A stretch of 64,000 bases of DNA from Octopus bimaculoides (Eukaryota): contig NC_069005.1 in the NCBI RefSeq assembly GCF_001194135.2, positions 8,355,260 through 8,419,259 of the forward strand, written 5' to 3'. Under the pieces are notes generated by a model. That model was not told the DNA's origin. It searched no databases and saw only the letters and a program-made list of their open reading frames with translations. The first letter of the stretch is position 1, and each line of letters opens with the position of its first letter. The position numbers and the translations under genes were made by a program. Below are positions 1-13,394 of this stretch, piece after piece.

Positions 1-1137
1 TGTTATGGATAATTGTTTGGTTTGAAAGCAAAAAAAAATCAAAAGTGGTGAAAAAGGGCTGCTTCTACACTCATTGCCCACCCTACCCCACCCCACTACT
101 ACTACTACTACGTTTCATTGCAAATTTGTAATCAGTCTTCGTTAACAGAGGAATATGCCCCTGGTTCTAGTGAATAAACAACTTGTGTGTTTGTGTGTGA
201 TTGTGTGTGTGTACAAAGTGGTTCTTAAGTTACTTAGGTTGTTTTAGCCGTCATGTATGTTTTAATATATGTATGTTTATGTTTCTGAATACACACAAAC
301 ATATTTTATTACCATTACCACCATCATTCGCTATGGCCAGATGCCCTTACTGTCATGAATGCTAGCCTGTTCCCAGTAAGGTAATATTTCCCCATAGCTG
401 GATGCGATTTCATGAGATTGAAATAGAATGCGCCACTTACGTGGTGGTGATGTTTGTCTATACCTACGTCAAGACAAGAACACACACACATACACACACA
501 CACACACACATTGGTTTCATTATACTTAACTCTCCTCCCATGTTCTTGCATTCTAGCCATGTGATTGGGAAGCTAACTTCTTACCACACAGCCATGCCTG
601 CACCTGTTAAAATTTAGCTGGCCTAGAACTACACAACAACCATCATTGTCAACATCGTCATCATCATCACCACCATCACCACTACCATCACCATCACCTT
701 TATCACAATCATCATCGTTTTTCCATGTTTGCATGGTTCAGACAGAATATTGTCAAGGCAGATTTTCAATGATTAGAATCCCTTCTTGTTGCCGACCCTG
801 AAACCACCCCCAACACACACAAAAAACTAAAAAAGAAGTTAAGAAGTGAAATGGGTACAACCATGAATTGAAACAGAGTTGTTGAATCATCTTGCAGAAC
901 ATTAGCAAGCTATTATCACTTGATGATATTAAATAGGAAATAGCTAGTGAGGTGGGAACTCTTACTTTATTCTGGAACAATTTCAAGTGTGGTCGTTTAA
1001 CAAAAAAATGTTTTTTTTTCTTATTTTTTTCTCAATGCAAATTCATTGGATATAAAGAAGCTGCTTCTGCCAATTGCGAATGTTTATTTTGGAAATAAAC
1101 AATAAAATGTATTACATTAGTTCCAGACAATTGACTC

Positions 1138-1212
<75 letters not shown>

Positions 1213-1399
1213 CATCATCATCATCATCATCGTTTAACATCCCCTTTCCATGCTAGCATGGGTTGGACGATTTGACTGAGGACATATATATATGTATATA
1301 TATATAAATATGTAATGTATATGTGTGTGTGTTTTTACTTGCTGAATTTGAAAGAAGGAGCAGTACTGTGACCTTTAGCAACCCTTTGGTGAACTTGGT

Positions 1400-1680
1400 G
1401 TCATTAATGTGCTGTTTAAACTGTTGCAAGCCAGTTCTTGCAGGAAAGATATAAACAGGGAGAATATTCCAGTTGTTGAAGTTTGGGGGAAGAAGGAATG
1501 GGTGTCATGGACAAGTTTGGGGCCTGTAAGGTTAGACACAACAAGTGTGGCAAGCGGTGGAGTGAGTGGAAAGTGCCTGCATAGAAGATCTACAAGACCA
1601 GCCAGCTCCAAGTAGCAGAAGCCATTATAGTAGCCATAGAAAATGCAGACAGGAGGAACATGCATATGGACAAAGACTGG
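1400..1680 (-). mobile_element. Decayed 3' end of a non-LTR retrotransposon ORF2 (CR1/Jockey-group-like)
   Basis: Minus-strand translation IFYGYYNGFCYLELAGLV...HSFFPQTS matches the typical 'FYRYYNG.CS.EL...SFFPRT..LWN' C-terminus of such LINEs. Confidence 0.65.
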
Positions 1681-1797
1681 CTGGAGTATGTTGTGTGTAT
1701 TCATGTGCATGTGTCCATTCAAGTGTCATCATCATCATCGTCATTTAAAATACTTCTGGACAGTTTGACAGGAGCTGGTAGTCAGAAGACTGCACTA

Positions 1798-2110
1798 GGT
1801 GTTTGGCTCAGTGGTTAGAGCATTTGGTTCATAATCATGAGGTAGTGAATTTGTTTCTCAGACTGGGCTGTATGTTGTATTCTTGAGCAAGACACTTTAT
1901 TTCACATTGCTCCAGTTCACTCTGCTGTAGAAATGAGTTGTGACGTCACTGGTGCCAAGCTGTATCGGCCTTTGTCGTTCTCTTAGATAACATCAGTGGT
2001 GTGGAGAGGGGAGGCTGGTCTTTGATGAACACCTTGCCTGGACTTGTGCCTTGGAGGGGAACTTTTTAGGTGCAGTCCCACAGCCATTCATGACCAAAGG
2101 GGGTCTTTAC
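1798..2110 (+). mobile_element. tRNA-head SINE-like element, family C
   Basis: A-box-like ggctcagtggttagagc head followed by ttcttgagcaagacactttatttcacattgctccagttcac. The same family occurs at 18672-18920 (+), 60000-60305 (-) and partly at about 27985-28060. Confidence 0.75.
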
Positions 2111-2439
2111 CCTTTTTACCCAGCATACACTCAAGTTACATGGAGGGGTTTATAAGTGAAATTGCACAGAGGATTAGATTGGGTGAGTGGGTAAATAAAT
2201 TCACAAGAGTGTGAAAGAGACCACAGTGAATGAACACAAGTGAAGGGACGGGTGATGTTAGAAAAATATGAAATTCATCAGGGATAGATTGTGTGCAGGG
2301 AGAGTGGGAGATAGATGGTAGAGGAATGCAGCAAGTAGTGACCCAAGGAGGGGGAAGAAGGGGAAGGGTTAGGAAGATAAGTTGTTGGGGAAAAATTTGT
2401 CAGTGACAGATTGTATGCAGGGTTATAGACATAAGTGGC

Positions 2440-2650
2440 ATGTCTCTGTGACCTTGATTTTACTTAGATGGCCGGGTCTTTTCAAGAACTTCACATTATC
2501 AATCATCTCGATCCTTTGTCAGCTCTTCTGTGAGGTTCAACATCTGAAAGTCATTCTTCACCACTTTGTCTCACACCTTTTTGGGTCTTTCTCTTGCAAA
2601 GGTTCCCTGCATATTTAGAGATTGGCACTTCCTTATGCAGCTCTGTAAAC
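2440..2650 (-). mobile_element. RTE-type LINE 3' end fragment
   Basis: Reverse strand reads roughly CIRKCQSLNMQGT..RPKK...VVKNDFQMLNLTEELTKDRDD, the RTE ORF2 C-terminal 'GRPKKTW..V..D' pattern. Confidence 0.7.
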
Positions 2651-4312
2651 ATAAATCTGCATTGATATATATAAATATCACATACCAAATATCAGGCTAA
2701 CAAAAATATTACATTAATATTTTTTAATAATACAGTTGACGAGAAAAATATCAGAATTTTGTGTTTGTGTGTGTGTGTGTGATTGCAACTAATCTATTTA
2801 ATAGGAAAACATATGATCAATTTAAATCTATTTTTATGAATAACAGGTGTATATGAATGTAAAAATTAGCACATCACTATACTTAATACTTTGAATTAAT
2901 GCAATATATTTTGAATTTTGTTTTCTTTTATCTTAGGATGTACAACATAAGTGTTTTAAGAAGTTTGTTTTGGAACAGCGTGATTTCACATTTAGGTATG
3001 ATTGTGTGGTAAGAAGTTTGCTTTCCAACCACATAATTTTGGATTCAGTCCCACTTCATAGCACTCTAATCTAGCCATGGGCTGACCTGTGAGTGGATTT
3101 GGGAAATGGAAACTGAAAGAAGCCCATCATATACATCACATGTATGTGTAAATGTGTTTTACTGTCTCCTTGCTTTGACATTGCATGATAGTTGTAAGCA
3201 AGTGTCACTGTCATATGAGCAGTGTCCTTTGTTTTCAATCTCTTGAGACATGTCGGGTCCTGGGGAAATATTACCTTACTGTGAAACAGGTGAAGGTTGG
3301 TGGCAGGAAGGGCATCTGGCTGTAGAAAATCCACTGTAACAGATTCTGTCTGACCCATGTATGCATGGAAATGTGGACAATAAGATGATGATCATTTCCC
3401 TTGTGTAGCATCTTGGACGAATATCTTCTAGTCTTGGCTGAGCTTGACCAATGTAGTGTGATTCAAATTTGGTAAATGGAAACTGGGCAGTTCTGATTCC
3501 AAAATGACACTTTTAAGAAAGTACATTTTAACCTTTTAACATTCAGATTACTTGGTCAAATGTAATGCATATTTATTCACTTTATTTTGAATTAATCATG
3601 CATTATCTTGTAGCTTTGAGATTTCAATAATGTGAAGAGGTGCATACCTCTATGCTCTGATCCAAAATGCTATTGGGGGAGGGGGGTCAACTTTATCTTT
3701 CATGCTTTAATGTGGGTGGAATTAATAGATGCGATTACCAGGAATATGAGGCAAGTGAATTTAAAGATCAAATCTATAGCAATGAGAGAAAACTAATAAT
3801 GACTGAAACAAGTAAAAGATAAATGATAGCATCTGCTATACCTTATACGGTTGTTGTTTAGTCCCAGACCAGCTGTAATTAAGTGAACCTATAATTAAAG
3901 ATGCAAAAATCCTATATATCCTTCCTGTTTCTAAGATGTTAGGCTATCATTTGAGTGAGATTTAGTTCCTGTTTCTAGCAGGTTGAGTGCTCTTGTACTT
4001 ACAGAGTCTTCCCTTTTGACTCAAGCAGCCCATACATACTAGTTTCTCATGGTACACTTTGTGATATCTATATATCATGCTGTCCAATAAATCATAAGAA
4101 GAAAAAGTGAATGCTCTGAGAATTGAATTCCTTTTATAGAACAACATGGCTCTGGTTTTCCGATTTAATAGCAACGAAGATCAAAGACAAGGGAAAGCGA
4201 TATTCTTATGGAGCCAACCTAATAAGTTGCTATCAGAGAAGTTGTAGAGTTACAGGAAATCTTGTTTGTTCTTTGAGAAAGAGAAAGTAAAATATACTTT
4301 AGATGCTCTTTA

Positions 4313-4367
<55 letters not shown>

Positions 4368-4419
4368 TCTGAATAATAGCTTACATTTTATCATTGCTAT
4401 GCTTACCTCTTACTAGTCT

Positions 4420-4722
4420 GTATATATGTATGCACATACATATACCTATACACACATGCATGTACTTATATATGTACATATATATTTGTGTGTGTGTATA
4501 TATATGTATGTATGTATGTGTATGTATGTATGCATGTATGTATGCATGTATGTATGTGTATGTATGTATATGTATGTATATATGTGTATGTATGTATATA
4601 TGTATAAATACAAGTATGTGTATGTGTATGTATAGATGTGTATATATGTGTGTGCATGTATATATGTATGTACATATACATTTGTATATGCATATTTATG
4701 TGTGTGTGTGTGTGCATATATA

Positions 4723-4759
<37 letters not shown>

Positions 4760-4790
4760 ATATATATTTATGTATATAAATATTTGTATC
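4420..4790. repeat. Compound (TATG)n/(TG)n/(TA)n microsatellite tract
   Basis: Direct reading. It accounts for the overlapping low-complexity ORFs between 4394 and 5117. Confidence 0.95.
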
Positions 4791-4929
4791 ATTCATAGTC
4801 AAAATGTGTAGTTTGGTGAAAAAGAAATAGTATTTCATAAATACAGGTTGATAATATCGAAGGTATAATTTTAAAACCTTATAAAGTTTATGTGGAGAGT
4901 GTATAATAAAAGTGAATACATTATATATA

Positions 4930-5125
4930 TATATGGGAGAATATACAAAAAATAACAACAGACGAGGACAGGTGGTGTAAATAACAAAAGTATATATTAG
5001 TATGACGCTCGGGAATACGGAAAGTCTTTGACGTTTCGAGCTACGCTCTTCAACAGAAAGAATACGGAGACAAGGAGAAAAAACACGGAGAAAAAAAATT
5101 GAATAGTGTTCAGTCAACAGTCAAT
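4930..5125 (-). mobile_element. Penelope-like element terminal fragment carrying a minimal hammerhead-like motif
   Basis: Minus strand contains TCTTT-CTGTTGA-A-GAGC-gta-GCTC-GAAACGTC-AAAGA. The flanking sequence resembles the related termini at 19865-19980 and 37225-37600. Confidence 0.5.
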
Positions 5126-5129
5126 CATA

Positions 5130-5160
<31 letters not shown>

Positions 5161-6354
5161 AATATATACAGTCATATATATACACATATATATGTGCACA
5201 CACATATATACACATACACACATATATAGAATGTGCTCTGGTCGTTGAGTCTCATGGAGGAGATGACAGAGTGCTAAGATGATTGGTGATTTGCAGTACT
5301 CAAGAAGATTTGTCTATCTCAACACAAATAAAGCCTTAAAAGCATATCATCTATGTCTATCTCTGTACTCAATCTGTTCCTGACAAGCCTTTTCCTCACA
5401 ACTCAGCTTCCTTACATGTCCCCCATCACTCTACTGACTACGGCACATTTCACTCAGCTGTTGTAATTGTTGGAGTGAAACTGCACATATTTTATTCCCT
5501 GCCTTTTTGTGCTTCTACTCACCTTCCCTGGAGCCACTTTCTTTGTCTTCCATGTTCTCAGTGTCATCCCTTACCACTTTACCTTCCGCTAAACACCGCT
5601 CCTACCTTCACTTCCCACTTCTACATTTTCTCCTTCTGCTAATGCCCCCCCCACTACTTATGTTTGTCTGCTACTATTTCTACCCTTGTGTACCTCTGAC
5701 CTCATCCCTGGCATTGTGCATCTATCACACATAACTCATACTTCACAACACCTATGCTGTGAGCTATTGCCTCCACCTTCTCTCCAACAAAACTGATACT
5801 TACCACTGACCATGCCTCCACTTTTATTTACCATTCTCTGCATTCACTTTTGCCTCCATCTCTATCCATCTCTCATTCTTCTTTCACACTCTAACAAACT
5901 TATCTACCCATTAACCCCATCCAATACTCTGGATTACTTCTTTTACCCTGTAACTCAAGGGTGTGCCTTTTCATCATTATCTTCTCTCCTTTTCCAACTG
6001 GGGTAGCTATGTATTTTCTCTACTGCAAGACTCCTGTCTCTACTTCTCTATCATAACTTAACCTCTCATCACCTGGCACAAAGCCATTTCCCCTCAATAC
6101 TATCCTACCCTCATCTGAGGGGTCTTATCTTGTAAGTTATTTTGTGACATCACTAGTACTGGTGCTACATAAAAAAGCGCCTGATGCACTATTAGGAAGG
6201 ACATTCAGTTATAGAAACCATGCCAAAGTAGACATTGGAACTTGGCACACTCCTCTATATTGATATATATATATCATTGTTTAATGTAATATATCCTTAA
6301 TATATACACATATACACATTCATACATATGTCTATGTATGATTGTGTGTGTGTA

Positions 6355-6403
<49 letters not shown>

Positions 6404-7130
6404 TGATTTAAAGTCCCTGTTTGATGCTGGCATGCATTGAATGGTTTGAAAGGACCTGATATCTCATATGCCCAAGGACTGCTCTATTCTCCAGTGTTTG
6501 TTTGGCATGGTTCTCCCACTAGCACTTGTACATAGAGTTCAAGACTATAAATCCTGAGTAGGTAGGGAGAACTTTATGTGAGGAAAATAAGGAGTAGGGA
6601 GGGGTAAGGTATGAGAGAAAGGGCCAGAGTAGAACAAGTTTCTTGCTGATGGCTGATGATCAAAACCTTTAAAAAAGTAGTGTAAATGTAAGTATCTATG
6701 ATGTTCTGTTATCTATGATTAGATAAAGGTTGATGAATTGGCAATCAGAAGAGTGTAGGATAGCTTGCTTGACAAACTAACCTGTAATGGGGTCAATTCT
6801 CTTTCCTTCTTTTTTTTAGAAGAAACTGGTTGCGGTGAGACTCAGAGTGTTCTGTCAGGTCAGAAAGGCTAAGCACATGCCATGTGTCATGATATTACAA
6901 CTAGAAGTCCATTAAGAGTCAAGGGCTGAAAGAAAGAAAGAAAGAAGAAAGGATCTGTAATGATAATTTTAACAGTCTGGATAATGTAGTATAACATTTA
7001 AAACAAATTTCTACTGGCATGGCTGTGTAGTAAGAAGTTTGCCATATGATTCTGAGATCAGTTCCACTGTATAGCACCTTGGTCAAGTGTCTTTGGCCTT
7101 GTGAGTGGATTTGGTAAACAAAAACTGAAA

Positions 7131-7362
7131 TAAGGCGGCGAGCTGGCAGAAACGTTAGCGCACCGGGCGAAATGCTTAGCGGTATTTCGTCTGCCACTAC
7201 GTTCTGAGTTCAAATTCTGCCGAGGTTGACTTTGCTTTTCGTCCTTTCGGGGTTGATTAAATAAGTACCAGTTATGCACTGGGGTCAATACAATCAACTT
7301 AATCCATTTGTCCTTGTTTGTCCCCTCTGTGTGTAGCCCATTGTGGGCAGTAAAGAAATAAG
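7131..7362 (+). mobile_element. Young tRNA-head SINE-like copy (family A) nested inside a family B SINE
   Basis: Near-complete gagctggcagaaacgttagc...ttctgagttcaaattctgccgaggttgactttgc...taagtaccagt body with CpGs retained, flanked by duplicated aaactgaaa (7122-7130 and 7363-7371). Confidence 0.85.
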
Positions 7363-8849
7363 AAACTGAAAGAAGCTCATCATATATATATATATATGTA
7401 TATATGTGTATATTACTGTTTCTTTGCCTTAATGTCAAGTGATAATTGTCATGCACAGGGTTTCTTTCGTTTCCAACCTTCTGTGAAAACAAGTCTGGGC
7501 ATGAGGAAATATTACCTTGCTTGGAAACAGGTGAGGGTTGGCAACAGAAAGGGCATCCAGCCATTGAAAAAAATCTACTTCAACTAATCCTGTTCAACCC
7601 TTGCGAGCATGGGTAAGTGGAAATTAAAATGATGATGACGATGCAGATGTATAAAAAAGGAGACAAAAAAATCATTTTCTTAAAGTTATCACCTCAATAG
7701 AACAACCTTGAAATGTTAATTAATGAAAATTAATTAAAATTGGAACATAGCCAATCAAGTGTGGACTCTCTTACTGTTTAACCTTATAGAAATAACAAAC
7801 TCTCTTTGTTGTTTAGTCCCAGTTCAATCTTGATTGAATCGAAGTATTATTAAGGGTGTTGCATTTGAAGCTGTCCCACTTTATTTTTGTTATTTCTTTT
7901 TTTCTGGCAGTGTATGTAGTATGTAGGAAATTCCTCCATATTTCAGAATGGAAATCATCAGATGTTGTGTTTGAAACTGAAGAACTTAATAGCTAATTTC
8001 AAAACAGATAATTTCACATAATTAAATGGCATTATTTGGTAAGAATAGCTGATACCTCTCACCTGTAGTGTTTTTTTCATTCACTTGTACACTTATGAAA
8101 CAAACTATATATATATATATATATATATACATACACACACACACACACACAGTTCCTTTACAATTCTTACATAGGTAAGCACACATGCACAAACACGTGC
8201 AAGCAGATGCATATACACACTTGCATGTCCACATACATTCTAACTTATGCACACACATAAACACATGCATACACATATGCATTCATAGAATATCTTAATA
8301 TCATTCGTAGAGAATTCTTATTCTCCCCACCCCCCACTCCCACTTAAAAATTTCAAATGAGTTGATGTAAAAATCTGATTGTGGACGTCTTTGATTAAAT
8401 ATTTCCAAATTGATTAGTTTTCAAGTGAAATTCATAAACTTAATTAAAAAAAAGAAAGAACAAGAAGTGATAAATCACAACAAGAACAACAACAACAACA
8501 ACAAATAATGTGTTAATGAGAATAATTTTCATTTCCTTGAAGCCTCATCTAAATTACTTGTCTTTCTTTTCTTTTACTAGTATTGGTCATTAGACTGTGG
8601 CCATGATGGAAATACCACCTTTCAAGAGTTTTTACTCATACTAGTTCCAGCTTTTATTTTAGTCTTATTTTATCCATGGAAAGAAAAAGAAGGCACATGG
8701 CTCAGTGGTTAGAGCTTCGGGCTTACAATCATTTATTATCCTTGCATGGGTCAGGCAGAATTTATTGAAGTAGATTTTCTCTGGTCAGATGGTCTTCCAG
8801 TTACCAACCCTCACTTGTTTCCAAGCAAGGTGATATTTTCCATGGCCAT

Positions 8850-9060
8850 GGTGGTGAGCTGGCAGAATCATTAGCACACCAGTCAGACTGCTTGGTGGCA
8901 TTTTGTCTGTCTTTATGTTCTGAGTTCAAATTCTGCTGAGGTTTTACTTTGCCTTTTAATCTTTCAGGGTCAATAAAATAAGTACCAGTTGAGCACTGGG
9001 GTCAATCTAATCAACTTATCCCTCCCCTAAAATTGCTGTCTTTGTGCCCAAACTTGAAAG
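8850..9060 (+). mobile_element. Family A SINE-like copy, CpG-decayed
   Basis: Same head and body as the 7131 copy, but with CpG to TpG/CpA changes. Further copies lie at about 10015-10220, 10280-10480, 28405-28600, 34845-35075, 53835-54050, 54075-54285 and 54940-55135 (+). Confidence 0.8.
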
Positions 9061-9775
9061 CAACATTTTTGTATGGCTTACAGTTTTCATGGAAGACTGG
9101 AAATGAACAATATTGTTGTATAAGTAACTAATTGAAAACCACTTCCATCTAACACACATGAAGCATTCACCTGTTTTTTTTCATAGCTTCCTCTGTATCT
9201 CTCTATCCAGGGTCCTTTGGTTCCATTCTAACTATTTTACTTAATCTTCTTCTCCAGAGCTCCAACCTTCTGAAAGTCACCCTCCCTTCACCAATGTATT
9301 TCTTGCAAATATCACACCTGTTTCCTTGGTGAACTTGCAAATATCATGGCTAAACTATAAAAAAAAAAAAACCCATATAGTGCTGATCAATATTAAAACA
9401 AAACCAAGCAAAAAAAAAATGAATAATAATAATGCTCTAAAATTCTAGTTTATTTTCATCACTACTGTAATCAAATTTTCTGTATCTGCTATTTTTCAGT
9501 GTGCATTCTTTAATTCTCAGCATTCCAGTGTCCACACTTTTCTTTCTTTCTTTTTTTTTTTTGCCTTTTAATTATTTTATCATCATTTGAATCAATAGGC
9601 ATTAGGGAAAACTGCATTGTGGTATTTCTTTCAGCTTTCTATATTCTGCATTAAAATCCTGCCAAGATCAGCTTAGCCTTTCATTCTTTCAGAGCTAATA
9701 AAATAAAGTGCCAGCCAGGTACCAGGGTTGGTGCTATTGACTAGTTCCCTTCCACATAATTTCAGGCCTTGTGCA

Positions 9776-9990
9776 ATGACTGCTGATTTGCTGGCACAGA
9801 CTGAGGCTGTGCTACCCACAGAATTTTCTGGACAGTGGGCTATCGTGATCTTTGTTTTGTAAGACATTTTTCTGCAGTTCATCTCTTTAACATAACTGTA
9901 GTTCAGAATCAAGAAACCAAGATAGGTTACCTGGCACCAGGAATGTCAACAAATATTCAGTGCCCTCTGCCTGTTAGACAATGTACTTTG
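9776..9990 (-). mobile_element. Probable RTE-like RT fragment inserted into a SINE tail
   Basis: It interrupts the SINE tail ggccttgtgc|caaaatttgaa with ttgtgc on both sides. The minus strand reads QVTYLGFLI...KTKITI, similar to RT 'TYLG' and 'TKI.IY' motifs. Confidence 0.4.
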
Positions 9991-11669
9991 TGCCAAAATT
10001 TGAAGCCAATACTCTTAAGGCAGCAACCTGGCAAAATCATTCACATGTCGAACAAAATGCTTTGCAGTACTTTAGGATCTTTACATTCTGAGTTCAAATT
10101 CTGCTGAGGTTGACTTTGTCTTTAATCCTTTTGGCTGTCGATAAATTAAGTACAAGTGAAACACTGGGGTCGAGGACTCTCTCTCACCAAATTTCAGACC
10201 TTGTGCCTATAGTAGAAAGGATTATTATTATTATTTTTATTATTATTTTTATTATTATTTTTATTATTATTAATGTTGTGAGCTGGCAGAACTGTTAGCA
10301 TGTTGGACAAAATGCTTAGCAGCATTTGGCTGTCTTTATGTTCTGAGTTCAAACACTGCCAAGGTCGACTTTGCCTCTCATCCCTTCAGGGCTCGGTGAA
10401 ATAAGTACCAGTTAATCACTGGTGTTGATATAATGGACTAGCTTCCTTCCCCCAAAATTTCAAGCCTTGTGCCTATTATAGTATAAGGCATTGTTATCAT
10501 CATCATCATCATCATGTTCTATGTTATGAGCTGCTTTCTTTCTTTCAAGATTCAATTTGAGATACTTTTATCCACCCAGCTTATATATTTATATATTTAG
10601 CACAACACCATTAACATGAGTTTCTGGGGAGAGGAGAGACAGAGAGTGACTGATAGCAATGTCAGGAGTTATAATCAGAGAAATATTTGTTTTGTATGTT
10701 TCCGTATGTTTTTTTTTTTTTGTATATCTGCTTCAGCAATTTCATTATATTATTGCTGTTTCTATCTCCTGTTTCTATACCCTCTCACATCTATTTTTCA
10801 ACTGATGTTTACATTCATATATTACATACATACATGTGTAGACATGCTCACATACATACACACACGTCTTATTCCTGGTTTCAAAATATTCACCTTGGAG
10901 TCTGCTGTCACGTGAGCATTTCTGTTGATGAAGTGCTTCAAGATAATAATAATAATAATAATAATAATAATATTAATAATGTAGTTGTGGCAGTAATAAG
11001 GATGATAAGTTTTTTATTAGCCTCAAGGGCTCAGAGACAATGAGGACATTACAAAGAACAGCATACAGCACAGCAAGGGAGTTTACATAGAATATATAAA
11101 AAGAGATAAAAAAAAGAAAAAAAAAAAGAGAAACAAAGAAATAATAGAGAAACAAGCAATAATAATATAATACCTTCTAGCCATTTTGATATACTTTGGC
11201 ATTGTAGAAATGGTTTTCTTTCTTCTTTTTTTTCTCTCTGCTAAACATGTACATACACAAACATCAAAAACATTCTTTTGTTGCAAAGAAACATTGGTAT
11301 TGAAGTTTCACATCTCCAAATTCAATTTTTTGTTTTTCTTTTACTTGGAAGTCAAGTAATTTTATTTATTTTTTCCCACTTATTTTTTTTTTCGATGTAT
11401 TTATTTTGAATTTTTATATGTTTTTGCCATTTTCATCATCCTATTTTCCGAAATAGTAAATTATGTAACATCTCACCCTCGACCAGACTATTTTTCTGAG
11501 TCGGCAATATTAATATTGCCTGCTTTTCTCATCTGCTATGATTCTTTCCTTTGTACCTNNNNNNNNNNNNNNNNNNNNNNNNNNNNNNNNNNNNNNNNNN
11601 NNNNNNNNNNNNNNNNNNNNNNNNNNNNNNNNNNNNNNNNNNNNNNNNNNNNNNNNNNNNNNNNNNNNN

Positions 11670-11701
<32 letters not shown>

Positions 11702-12249
11702 ACGCACACACACATATTTTAGATAAAGATAGTTATGGCTCATGGGGTTACCCTGGGTTTCATGTCCATAAAACGTTTGTTCTATGGTGTTTGTTCAGAC
11801 CCTGATGGACGGTGGCCTATAACCTCTCTTCAAAGAGGGAGGAGAAAAGACCTCATAGCTACTTGTTGAACACACAGGCAAAGGAGAAGGGTTAAGAATA
11901 AGGGATTGTCTCCCTGAGGCCCCTATTCATAGTCGATGTGGTCAGCTTGTGGGTTTCAGGACTTAAGTAGGAATCTCCTGAAGTGTAAGCAGGGTCCGAA
12001 GACTTCCATCCTACATAAACCCACATATATATATATTCGTACCGTTGGGTATTATTGGACAAGGTACTTCCCAGGTTCTAAAATTTTGACACAGAATTTA
12101 GAGGGGTATTTTCTACCATGAAAGTAGGGTCCTTCTTTTAGTTGTCAAAGTACAAGCCAAGGGCAACACTCCAGTCTTGCTATAAGAGCAGTAATTTTAC
12201 CTTGTACTTATTCTTAGTGCAAGTTTTGAAGAATGTAGTATGATTTCAA

Positions 12250-13002
12250 CAGTTATTTTTTGAAAGTTATTATGGAAGTGACAAAGGAGCATATTCAGCA
12301 TATTTTACTTTATGAGTTCAATAAAGGTAATGATGTAATGGAAAATGTGAGAAATATTAATGCAGTATATGGGGATCAGACAATAAGCATAAGCCAGTGT
12401 CAACGGTGGTTCCAGAAATTCTGCTCCTGAAGTACAGCCTAGAAGATGAATCTTGTCCTGGAAGATCTGTAGAGTTCAACAAGGACATCCTGCTAACCCT
12501 GGTGGAACAAATTCCCATGGTAACTGTTGAGGAACTATCAGAGAAGCTTGGATTTGGTCATTCAACCAATCATTCAAGTCAGCACTAGAAGAAAAACGAC
12601 CATCTTTGGTTTCAAGACAAAAGGTGTTCTTCCATCAGGATAATGCTCAGCTACATACAGCGAGGATGACATTCCAAAGGCTGGAGCAGTTTGAATGGGA
12701 AACAATGCCCCATATTTGCTGTACATCACCCCATCTGATTATCATTTATTCCATGGTCTTCAAAATCATTTGGATGGAAAAAATATGAATTCTGTAGATG
12801 CTGTCAGAACAGTACTAGAGGAGTATTTTTCATCAGGGACAAGTGAATTTTGGAAGAGGGACCTTGCAAGTCTATTAGATAGATGGAAGAGCATTGTAGA
12901 AAATGGAGATTTTATTTTAGATTAAAAAAGAACATTGCTTATATTAATTTTGAAAAATAAAAGTAGTATTAAATATTGCACTATTCATGGGATGACCCAA
13001 TA
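12250..13002 (+). mobile_element. Internally deleted, frameshifted mariner (DD34D-type) transposon
   Basis: MEVTKEHIQHILLYEFNKG...CQRWFQKF N-terminal HTH, then HQDNAQLH and PSDYHLFHGLQNHL...RWKSIVEN. The right TIR ...atgggatgacccaata is followed by TA. Confidence 0.92.
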
Positions 13003-13006
13003 TATT

Positions 13007-13221
13007 CAAGGGGGTGCTGAAAAGTTCTTGGCTTTAAGGGTTTCATGAAAGGCCTAGTTGGAGGCCCAACTTCTGAGTTCTGTTACAAGGCTTTGAAAAA
13101 CTGAAGGGCCCTGCAATAAGTGTGTAATTCTGAGAGGGGAATATGTTGAATAAAATTGTAATTAACTGATCCCCCTGTATTTTCTTTCGCACAAATCCAG
13201 GAACTTTTCAGTACCCACTTG
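13007..13221 (+). mobile_element. Mariner-derived MITE (copy 1 of 3)
   Basis: Inverted termini ggggtgctgaaaagttc and gaacttttcagtaccc. The interior encodes a transposase C-terminal remnant (KLK..CNKC..LRGEYVE). Confidence 0.85.
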
Positions 13222-13394
13222 TTTGAAACAGGTAAGAGTTGATGATGGGTGACAGAAGACACAACTGGCCATAGAGAATCTGTCTCTATAAACTTTACCA
13301 AACCCATTCAAGCATGGGAAAGTAGATATTAAATGATGATGATGATATGCATAAGTTACATTGCATATTATGCACACATACATACACACAGATG

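Noticed and set aside
4002-4070. Minus-strand mini-exon candidate ending at GACTCT|gtaagt
   Set aside because: The donor is good, but the peptide (MIYRYHKVYHEKLVCMGCLSQKGRL) is unrecognised and no neighbouring exon supports it.
11503-11520. Perfect 18-bp palindrome ggcaatattaatattgcc
   Set aside because: It is short, AT-cored and isolated, with no supporting context.
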